A stretch of 55,701 nucleotides of DNA from Fimicolochytrium jonesii (lineage: Eukaryota). The stretch lies in the NCBI RefSeq assembly GCF_025526975.1, contig NW_026515694.1:372001-427701 (forward strand), given 5' to 3'. The notes beneath the pieces are model-generated. The model was not told where the DNA came from. It ran no database searches and saw only the letters and a list, made by a program, of their open reading frames with translations. Below, in pieces: positions 39,483-48,875 of the stretch (position 1 is the stretch's first letter; each line of letters begins with the position of its first letter). A program made the position numbers and the translations under genes.

Positions 39483-42400
39483 CTAATCTAACCCCAAGTA
39501 GTTAAGCGTATCACCAACGTGTCGCCATTTTGCGCTATCCGGGTCCAACAGATCGACCCCGCTCCGAGGTCGATAGCGAGGTCTGACGCGTGCATCCCCA
39601 ACCGCTCCCAATGCCGAATCGCTTCTTCTGAACATTGCGAAGCCTTGAGCAGTTGGGGGAAAAGTCGTCAAGCCAGGCGGGGGAAAGGATTGACGCATAT
39701 CCGGTACGACAAACGCAGCTTCAACACCATTGTGATGTGGCCGAGATGCCTCCCCTTCCGGACGAAGACGGTCTGGTTCGGCGACGGCTGCCGTCCATCC
39801 GTGCCTCGCAAACATGGAAAAGTCGTTGCTGTCTGCCTCAAAATCGTACTTCAAGGTCGGGGTGGACCTATGGGCGTCCACCCGCTGCTCGGGTAACGCT
39901 TGCACGCCTGTTTCTACAGCCTCCGCGGCTACAGGCACATTATGCTCCAGTTCGGCTTTCAATCGTCGACGAAATGCACGTTCGGTTTCGAGGGTTTGCG
40001 AGAGTGATGCCGCGCGATCCATCAGCGTGTGGATGATCTCTTCGTTGTCCTCCGCGGCCAGATCGACGTCTTTAAGGACGGCGTACTTTTCGGTTGCTTC
40101 ACGCTGAGCGGTATCCAGGCGGCTTCTACTCTCGCCTACGCTCAGTTTCAGAGACTCCAAGGCTTCACGCGCATCCTCAATCTCTCGATCCATTTGCTCT
40201 ATAGTCTCGCGCAATTCGTTTGCCTTGCGTTCCAGCTTTGCCGCGACGACTTCGTGATGTGAACGTTCTACAGGGGTGACTTGGTTGGAGACAGATTCTT
40301 CGGTCATATCGGGTGCCTTCTTCGGCACCTGCTGCGATTGCGACTTCAGAGGAGTGTCCGCCAACGCAGACTCTATTCGCTTCAGATCCGAGGTTATATT
40401 AGTGAGCTCTGCCTCGGACCGAGTGGTATCTTCAAGCATGGCCTCATAATCGGCCTGTAGGCTGTCCGACCTCGCCTGCTCTTGCTCCACAGACTGAATG
40501 ATCTGCGTGAATCTGTGCGCGAACTTCGTCTCGATCGATGCTTCTTTGTTATGGACTTTCCGAGCTGTATCGAGATCCGCTTTCGCGGCCTCTTTCATTT
40601 GAAAAAGCTCCTTCCGCTCTTTCCGTATAGCAATCTCATCCTGCTTCGTTTCCGACACGGAATCCTCTATGGACCGCTTCAGTGCTGATATTCTCTCCAG
40701 CTTCAGCCGCAATCGGTGTTCATTTTCCAACTCCCTGTCGTTCGTATTGGTATCGATCGCGCCCGTAGCGGCGCGATTTGTGAGAAATGACTGGTTCGAG
40801 TCCATCACCCGTGCAGACTCTAGTGTTCGTATTCTCAACGGTGCAGATCGATAACCGCGAATGATCAACACAATCTCATATTGCCGATCTGCATCCAATC
40901 CAAAAACGGTGACGTGCCCCTGAGCCAAATCGGAAATGACCCAAGCTTTTTCCTGCCAGCTTGCGGCGTCGACCATCACATCCACATCCTTCGCCGAAAG
41001 ATTGAAACTGCCGGCTTGCGGAGGTACGTTTTGCGGAAGGCGAGTATTTGCTGGCTCGACTGTCGTTCCCACCAGTGAGGCTGTGCCCCCTCCTTCCGCG
41101 GGTATTATTATCGTTTCGTTTGATGACAAAACAATGCCTTTCCTTTTCCCGTCCATCTGAGATGATATCGTGTCGTTCGGCGATGAAAGAGCACCCTTCC
41201 TCTTTCCATCCGCCGGCGATATTGCAGTGTCGTTCGAAGATGACACAGAGCCTCTTTTCCCTTCCAGCACGGATGTCATGGTCTCCAGTGAGCTCAGCGT
41301 CACTATCAAGCTCTGCGGTAATATCCAGCACAGCTTGACCGTATGGGCCGTAGTTTTCAACAGACATAAATCAAATCGATCTAATGTTTCTAGGTGGTTA
41401 CTGTAGTAGAAAACCTTCTTTTCATCTAGCGTCAACATTCCAGGCGGAGGTCCAGACGTTGAAGACTTTGATAGTTTCCGTCTCCGCGATGCCGAATACG
41501 CATTCGAAAGCAGTTGATTCCTCCGCGTCATTAGAACTTTCTTCTTGATCTTTCCCCACCGCCGCAGATCCCCTCCCACTTTGTCCACGTACGTGCTTGA
41601 CACGTGGCGAAACTCGGCCATGCTTTCCACAAACATGCACAAGAAGCAGTAGGCTGCCTCGGTGAGTGCGTGTACACATAGAAAGACCTCGAAAGAAGTC
41701 GTGGGCAGCTCTTTCGTATACAGATCGATAGCTATCGCCGTCATCGATGTGACCCACGCTATCGCATCGAAACCGCGTAGTCGTACGACGATGGTCGAGT
41801 AGATGACACCCGAGCTGATGGACGATAGTAGTCTTGTGTTCATGAGGGAGGGTACCGCTGCATATGTGGCCCAATCGATAGCTAGCGTGCCTATCGCTAG
41901 CGCAGCGAAGACACCCATGCCGATGTGATATGCTCGTTTGAAGGTCGCCAGAGAATACAGCGAGAAGCCAACCCATTCCGCTCGTATGGGAGCCGTCACC
42001 AAAACACTGAGGATCCACATGATCATCCAGATGATGATGAAGACCCGATTATAAATGTCGCGGTGGAAATACGCTGCTGCCGCCATCTGACCGTAGAAGG
42101 TATTTACATTCTCCCAATAAAATCTGAAATGTCCAAATGGTGTCAGAATTTGGCGGAGTTGCAAATGACAACCATGTCTACTAACGTATCAGTGATCGGG
42201 CGGTATATCAGCTCGTCAGGACCTCCGGGCTCGGAATACTTTGTAGCACCGCTTGAGCAGTCCTTTCTGAGATCGAAGGTGAAGGTGACAGTGTTTGGAG
42301 AGGAAGTTCGCTGTCCTCCGGCAGAGGCTGCTACCCCATATCTGTGCGCCGGAGTCGGGGGCCCGGTCACAAATGAAGCTTTTGCGTCGCCTCGCAGGGG

Positions 42401-42490
42401 GAAAGCGTCGAGAACCTTCCAGACTCGAAACATCGGTCCGGCTGCTGCTCCGTTATCGTGCGCGTAGCGATCCGCACTCGAAATTGACAT
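39483..42490 (-). CDS. Hypothetical multi-pass membrane protein with a split fibronectin-III-like domain and a long coiled coil; intron about 42124-42187
   Basis: 5-6 hydrophobic helices, then TTAHTVKLCW...VTVFGLDADRQYEIVLII...SAPLRIRT (FN3-like), then heptad repeats; loosely AcrB-like architecture (inference). Confidence 0.65.
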
Positions 42491-44338
42491 ATCGGTCAGG
42501 CTGAGCGAGCGAGGAAAAAAAGGGAGGTGGCCACGTCCAGGTTTTCTACAAGATCGTCGTGACGAACTGCGCCTTTCCAGCCTCCACCGCTGCTCCAAAT
42601 TGAAAAGCAACTTCAGCCAGTACTATCCATCCTCTGCTATCTGCCGTGTCGTCCGTTGCGAGGCTGGCGAAAACGAGTTTGCTGGTATCAATGCCTGCTA
42701 CCCAGTGCAAGAATTGGAGAACCCAGTAACTTCGGAGGACCTGCGTGACAAACCCTGCTGCCCTTCGTTTGGAAGCAGGTAAAAGTCAAGCATTGACAGC
42801 CTCGAGCGGATATCGACAGCGCGCCTCGGGCTCCTTTGACATCCAGGTTCTCATTGTCGTTCTTGAAGGCGACCGTGCTGTGTGATTCATAGTACCATCC
42901 TATGTTAGGCAGAAGATTCGAAATCCCGAGACCCCGATAATACTGTGTCACTCTGTATCCCATCGTTGCTTTAAGTCCTGATACCGATGTATATGTGATT
43001 TCCTCCCACCATCGCAAAGGAGGTGTGCAAACCCCTGAACGTAGCTTGGGTCGTCGCCACCGAGGTTCTGCTTACCATACGGTGGATCGGGGAGGATAAC
43101 CCAATGGGAATGCTTTGAACCAGGATTGAACAAATTGTGGGCACGGAAAACTGGCAACTCCCGCGACGAAGATGTCAAGTGTGGATGTATTGCAACCTGC
43201 TCTGAACAAGTGTGGCGTGGGATATCTTCCTCAAATATGAAGAGTCCCTGAACGCAGTTGTTCTCTACGTTGAAGTGATGGTTTTGAACATGTACTTACA
43301 TCAGCAGATACTCATGTACGCTGATTATCCCTCCTTACTTGACTATCAAGTTGACAACGCACCCATTCTTTTGCGTGCGGTTAGAGTGACACGGAATCCA
43401 GAATAACACGGAGAAAGGTTTCCCATCTCGGTTCCATACGGAGGCTCGGCTCAGATCGACTCGATAATAGGGCGTTTCACTAGCCCACATAATCGGACTT
43501 TTGCTCGGATTATCTCGCGATTATCTGCCGATTATTCTGGTCAGTGGGGTCCGCCACACACAAGGAACAACACAAGGAACGAACTGTCTGACGTACCAGA
43601 CGGCAAGGACTTCAAACGCGCGATCGCCAGGTCCCGGGTCACCTTATAGTCAGTCGTCGCGGATTGTGCAATGGCTTTGAATATCTCATCCGTCGGTACC
43701 CATTCGAACATGTCCCGCAGTTCGATATATCTGCAAGCGTCATCAGAACGGCCAGCAGGACCCCGAGCAGGACCCTCACTCTTCACTTACAAGAGAGCTA
43801 GGAGGTGCGCCGTCACATGGCGCGAGCCCGGGTCTCCGTATGACAGGGGCGGCGGAGTCAAGTCTCCGCCCGTCGTGGCGAGTTGCTTGGACATAGAGGG
43901 GGCTGGGTCCGCAGGGTTGTTTGAAAACGCGCAAGCCACTGACAGCTGTGTGCGCTGAGACGAGGGGGGAGGCGTGCCCACCCCAACTTTTATGGGTGGA
44001 TGTAGACCGCGGAGGAGCGAGCACCGGACGGTGTGGGGTGCACGCGCGGGCTGAAATATGTGGGGGTAGTGGGGTGTGGGGGGACCGGCGAGCCCTACCG
44101 CTGGGACGCGTGGCAGACGCCCGCCACGCAGGGGCGGGGGGAGCAGGTAAGAGGGACGGGCCGAGCTAGTCCCGGGGGGACATAGAGTCAACAGGCGTCA
44201 TATTTCTGACATATGCGAGTTACCACGGAACACCTTTAAATCCATGCATGGTATAGACGGGAGTACGGAGCCCACGACGCCAGAGGTAGAGGTGCGGAGG
44301 GGGGGGGGGGGGAGGGGGGACGCGCTCGCCAAACCAGC

Positions 44339-46574
44339 CTACTGCGCGGTGGGTTTGGTGTCCCGCAGCCTGGCCTTCATCTCGAGGGCCTTCATCTTGA
44401 AATCCCATTTGCGCTTGCTGTCCAGCCTGCGTCTCTCGGGGTCCGCGCGCCGTTCCTCAAGCTCCAGCTGGAATCGTCGCTCCACGGACTCCCTGGCAAA
44501 CCGCCGCTCCTCAAGCTCCGCCTCCCTCGCCTCTCGGCGCTCCTCAAGCTCCAACTGAGCGTTGACTGGCCTCCTCTCTGGTCAACCGCCTCTCTTCAAG
44601 TATCTGCTCATCCAGCGCAGATTCCCTTGCCATGCGGCGCTCCTCCATATCCATTTTGAGGCGAGTTCGGTCTCCCCGGCCCGCCATCACGTCACTGATG
44701 ACAGTCATCATCCCGGATTTCGCCCGGGCGCTGCGACTACTACCTGCCCCGCTCTTCCCGGCCTCGTCATCCAACGTAACGGGGTCCGCAAGATCCGATA
44801 CGGCGGAGCTCTTTCGCTTCCTAGTGGCTTTCGTAGCCGCCTGCGCGGGCGTGTGCGGGGCGGACGCTGCCGGGCTAGCGGCGGTAGACAGACTAGTTTG
44901 CACCTGGTACAGAGCCTTATGAGCGCTGGAGAGGGGTTGCGCGCCAGAGGCCTGCCCCTCGGATGCCGTGGCAGGCACGACGGGGGTAGCAGGGACCACC
45001 GGAACAGGAGGAGCGGGTGTATCATGACTCTGCAAACCGCTAGACGGCCCCCCATTGGTTGGGGACTCCCCATCGCCGGCCGCGGACCCCTCCAGTATGT
45101 TCTCCAGGGTCATTTGCGACTCCATACGCGCAAAATCTCCCAGTTGGGAGTGAAGCTGCGACCCCAGCTGCTCCTGCGTGTCTGGCGGCGTCTCTGGCGG
45201 CGTCTCCGACGGGTTCTGCGTCTCGGACTGCGTGTCCTGCGGCGTTTCATGGGACCCCGCGGTTTCCGAGTCCTCCGGCGTCCCGGCCTCGTCCGGCGAC
45301 TCACAAAGCGAAGGTGACTGTGGCGGAGCCCCCGGGACCAGCGCGGCGGCGAGGTTCGAGGGCAAGATTGACGAGGCGGCCATTGTGTTATGATCTCGAC
45401 GGCGGAGGCGGGAGCAAAGTAAAGAAGACAAGGCGAGAGCGATGGGCGACAAGAGATTGTATTGGCGAAACAAGAAACAAGGACTAGAACAGGAGATGAG
45501 AAGAACTGGTGTTGATCTGCTGGGGAGGAAGGGAATGGACGAAGAGGGGGCGGCTATTTATAGATAAACAACCCAGCAGACCAAAGACAACAACAAGAGG
45601 GGACTGAGTGAGCGCCAGCTCTGCTCCCTAGCCTAGAGCGAGCGTAGCAGGCGTAGAGCGCAAGCTACAGCTGCTGGCTGTGGAGAAGTACTGGGTGGGT
45701 TGACAAATGGCCGGAGATTGGCTCACAGATGAGCGGGGTAGAGGAGGAGCGGCAAATGGGGGATTGGCGAAATGAGAGGGGAGAGGAGGAGTGGCGATAT
45801 TGCGGGAGGATTGGCAAAATGAGAGGAGAGAGGAGGAGTGGCGATATTGCGGGAGGATTGGCGAAATGAGAGGAGAGAGGGGGAGTGGCATTGACATTGG
45901 CATTGACATTGGCATTGACATTGACATTGACATTGACATTGACATTGACATTGACATTGGCGTTTGACATTGGCGTTTGACGTTGGCGTTTGACATTGGC
46001 GTCTGTCAGGAGGTAAGATTATGGTATGGGCGCGTCGTCCATAACACATTGACTCCTGAGACCCTACCGAGTGCAAGCCCGTTGTGCCAGCGCGGGACCA
46101 ATAAGGCTCGAGCTCAAAGAAATACAGAAAGATCTTGACGATACAGGCCTGTATGTTGGGGGTATTCCTCTTCTCCTCCTCCGTGAGACCCTCCCCCGTC
46201 TGATTGAATCGAAACTGGGCCTCCTTGAACTTTTTATCCCACTGTGCAAGCTTGTTCTTGATGCGAGTCTCGGTCATGTCCTCTCGGTTCTCATACATGA
46301 ACATTTTTATCTTCCGAATCACGTCCGTTCGCCTATCCTTCTTCGAGCGGTCGACCCCGTTGGCGTCCGGGGTGTCGCGATGCTGCAGGGCCTTGGAGTT
46401 CTCGCCTGTAGAGAGCCAATCCACCAAGAGCGACTCTTCTTCGTCGTCCCAAAAAGCGTATGCACCGTCCGCCCGCTGCTTCCCCGCAGCGGACTTCACG
46501 CTTGGCTTCTTTGCCCGGGGCTTGCGGGCCCCGGGAGCCCCGGCAGTAGATGGTCCAGCGTCAGCAGACGACAT
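44339..46574 (-). pseudogene. Harbinger-type Myb/SANT-like DNA-binding protein, split by a solo LTR and frameshifted near 44565
   Basis: FWDDEEESLLVDWLSTGEN...RIKNKLAQWDKKFKEAQFRFNQTGEG...YFFELEPYW; removing the LTR and one TSD restores GSQESM-AASSIL in frame; Glu/Arg coiled-coil tail. Confidence 0.8.
45386..46046 (-). mobile_element. Solo LTR of the same Gypsy family as 47213-53277, in inverted orientation
   Basis: TG...CA termini (TGTTATG/CATAACA); perfect 5-bp TSD CATTG at 45381-45385 and 46047-46051; colinear with the LTRs at 47213 and 52739. Confidence 0.95.
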
Positions 46575-47003
46575 GGTGTCGGGGGCGATGGGGGGGTGTA
46601 CGGTGAGGGGGGTTTGTTGTTGGTGCGGGCGGGGAGGCGGAACACCCCCAGGGTCCTGAAGACACCAGGTTTGCTGGAGGCCTTTTTGCTGCTCTCCCCC
46701 CGAGAATCCTGTTTTTCTACACCCTGGAGTAGCGAAACTGGGGAACGGGGGCCTCACTATCCCCAGAAAATCGGGAGAAGCCCGACAGATCATTGGGACA
46801 TGATTGGGGGGAGCCTGCGCGCACGAACTCTGGACGCGTCGCAAAACGCGCTCGCAGTTTCGCTAATCTTGCGATTATCTGCCGTTACTGTTTTCAATTA
46901 TTGGGGGCTAGTGAAACGCCCTAATGCTGGGTGAGCATGAGGAGCCGATTTCGTGATGTGATGTCTTCAGAAAGGTCAGTGCTTCTCTGGTGACACAACT
47001 GTA

Positions 47004-47129
47004 CGGTCACCTCGCAAAACTCTGTACCCCCCCTGAAATATATCAGCGACTGCCGCGACGCCAAATTCACGTGAGTGACCAATATTGATTTCAATTAGAG
47101 GGGGGGTACAGAGTTTTGCGAGGTGACTG
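47004..47129. mobile_element. Tc1/mariner-type MITE (126 bp)
   Basis: 31-bp TIRs C(G/A)GTCACCTCGCAAAACTCTGTACCCCCCCT at 47004-47034 and 47099-47129 with one mismatch; TA on both flanks. Confidence 0.9.
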
Positions 47130-47212
47130 TACGTCTCAGGTCCACCCTGGCTGCGCCACCCAAAGCTCTACGCGTTACCTCAAGGCACAATTAGGGAAAT
47201 TAAAGCAGTTTC

Positions 47213-47771
47213 TCTTATGGACGACGCGCCCATACCATAAGCTTACCTACTGACAGCCGCCAATGTCAACCGCCAAATGTCAAACGCCAATGTCAATGTC
47301 AATGTCAGTGTCAATGTCAGTGCCAATGTGAAAGTCAATGCCACTCCCCCTCTCTCCTCTCATTTTGCCAATCCTCTTGCAATATCGCCACTCCTCCTCT
47401 CTCCTCCCATTTCGCCAATCCCCCCTCGGCTTCTCCACACCCTTCACTGCTTCCCCACAGCCAGCAGCTGTAGCAATGCCCTCTACGCTCGCCACGCACG
47501 CTCTAGGAGCATAGCTGGCGCCCCCCAGTCCCCTCTTGTTGTTGTTGTTCTCTGATCTGCTGGGTTGCCTATCTATAAATAGCCGGCCTCTCTTCGTCCA
47601 TTCCCTTCCTCCCCAGCAGATCAACACCAGTTCTTCTCATCTCCTGTTCTAGTCCTTGTTTCTTGTTTCGCCAATACAATCTCTTGTCGCCTATCACTCT
47701 CGCCCTGACTTCTCTACTTCGCTTCCGCCTCCGTCGTCGAGATCATAACACCCGTCGTCGAGATCATAACA
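47213..47771 (+). repeat. 5' LTR (starts TC instead of TG; terminal 21 bp tandemly duplicated at 47751-47771)
   Basis: Direct repeat of 52739-53277; contains a (GTCAAT)n tract and TATAAATA at 47574-47581. Confidence 0.92.
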
Positions 47772-47773
47772 GT

Positions 47774-47783
47774 TTGATCTGCT
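47774..47783 (+). promoter_or_regulatory. Probable self-priming primer-binding site
   Basis: TTGATCTGCT is the exact reverse complement of AGCAGATCAA (47615-47624) just downstream of the LTR TATA box; no TGG start as expected for a tRNA primer. Confidence 0.75.
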
Positions 47784-47840
47784 CCAACACTGCAAAGTTC
47801 AGAACCTGTCCAGCCCTGCATCCGACAAACCTTTTTCGCC

Positions 47841-48839
47841 ATGTCCCAACCCGAATCCGTACCTTTCACCGCCAAGCAATGGAACGATATGTGCCAAGCC
47901 ATCGCCGCCTTGCGAAGCCAAAACGCCAACTTGCAGGCCAACCTAGCGCAAGCCCAAGCCGACGCACAAGCTGCCCAGAGCATCGCAGCCCAGGTTCAAG
48001 CCGATACGTACACCCGTCCCCAAGTCGCCAACCCTGCTCTGGAGCCGAGAATCAGCTCGCCCGAGAAGTTTGATGGTACCCGCAGCAAATTCCGTGGGTG
48101 GTTGAACAACATCCAGTTGATGTTTGCTCTCCAGCCCGACCGCTACCCCAGCGACATCATCAAGATCCAAACTATTGGCACCTACCTCACCGGCACTGCG
48201 CAAGCCTGGATGGCGCCCCTAGTCGAACGCCAAGATCACAGCCTTCAGGACTTCGATAGTTTTATCAGTCAGATGCAATCGGTCTTCGGAGACAGCGACA
48301 GGGTCCGCACCTCTGAAAACAAGCTCCAGAACCTTCGCCAAACCCGTGCAGCAACCGAGTACGTCGCTGAGTTCCGCCAGCTACAATGCGATGTCTCCTG
48401 GAACGACCAGGCCCTGATTGCTACCTTCCGCCGTGGCCTCAAAGAAGACGTCAAAGACCTGATGCTCACAATGCCCCCTGCGGCCACCATTGATGTGGTG
48501 ATGGAGCAGGCTATCCAGTGCGATAACCGGCTGTTTGAGCGCCGCCTGGAGCGAAACAGAAGCCGCCAGACCTTCCCGGTTCCCCACACCTCGTTTACTA
48601 CTACCACCACTGTCGACCACAGCGAGCCTATGCAGATTGACGCCGCTCGTCCCCGCGGCCCTCTGAGCCCTCAGGAACGCCAACGCCGCATTTCCAACAA
48701 CCTCTGCCTTTACTGCGGTGGCGCGGGGCACATTGCAAAAGTCTGCCCCGTCAAGAACAAGACCACCACCCGTGCCGCCAACGTCGACATCAAAGAACCC
48801 TCCACCGAACAGGGTTTTCCCAAAGTCCAGCCGCAGTAA
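47841..48839 (+). CDS. gag: Retrotransposon Gag (intact ORF)
   Basis: PEKFDGTRSKFRGWL, YLTGTAQAW, LRQTRAATEYVAEF, FRRGLKEDVK, EPMQID and zinc knuckle CLYCGGAGHIAKVC. Confidence 0.95.
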   Translation: MSQPESVPFTAKQWNDMCQAIAALRSQNANLQANLAQAQADAQAAQSIAAQVQADTYTRPQVANPALEPRISSPEKFDGTRSKFRGWLNNIQLMFALQPDRYPSDIIKIQTIGTYLTGTAQAWMAPLVERQDHSLQDFDSFISQMQSVFGDSDRVRTSENKLQNLRQTRAATEYVAEFRQLQCDVSWNDQALIATFRRGLKEDVKDLMLTMPPAATIDVVMEQAIQCDNRLFERRLERNRSRQTFPVPHTSFTTTTTVDHSEPMQIDAARPRGPLSPQERQRRISNNLCLYCGGAGHIAKVCPVKNKTTTRAANVDIKEPSTEQGFPKVQPQ

Positions 48840-48875
48840 AGCCCCAGCGACTGGACAACACACACCGCCCCGGGC
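48812..48875 (+). promoter_or_regulatory. -1 programmed ribosomal frameshift signal (gag-pol)
   Basis: Slippery heptamer G GGT TTT in the gag frame (48812-48818), then a stem GTCCAGCCGC/GCGACTGGAC starting at 48825; the -1 frame is open into the protease ORF. Confidence 0.8.

Larger units (their letters stand above)
43469..46922. mobile_element. Non-autonomous PIF/Harbinger-like TIR DNA transposon
   Basis: Perfect 18-bp TIRs AGGGCGTTTCACTAGCCC / GGGCTAGTGAAACGCCCT flanked by AAT on both sides (43466-43468 and 46923-46925; a TA duplication with GGG ends is an alternative reading); subterminal GATTATCT repeats; Myb/SANT gene present, no DDE transposase seen. Confidence 0.8.

Noticed and set aside
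45628..45996. ORFs with poly-(MS), (NV) and (CQ) runs, also at 47277 and 52789
   Set aside because: They are translations of the LTR hexamer microsatellite, not genes.
47004..47129. MITE TIR as the end of the Fanzor element
   Set aside because: Both TIRs pair with each other and are flanked by TA, so it is a self-contained insertion; no matching TIR is seen upstream of the Fanzor in the window.
47132..47212. Fanzor C-terminus or omegaRNA left of the LTR element
   Set aside because: No RuvC or zinc-finger motifs in any frame, stops in all three minus frames, and no convincing hairpin or TSD.
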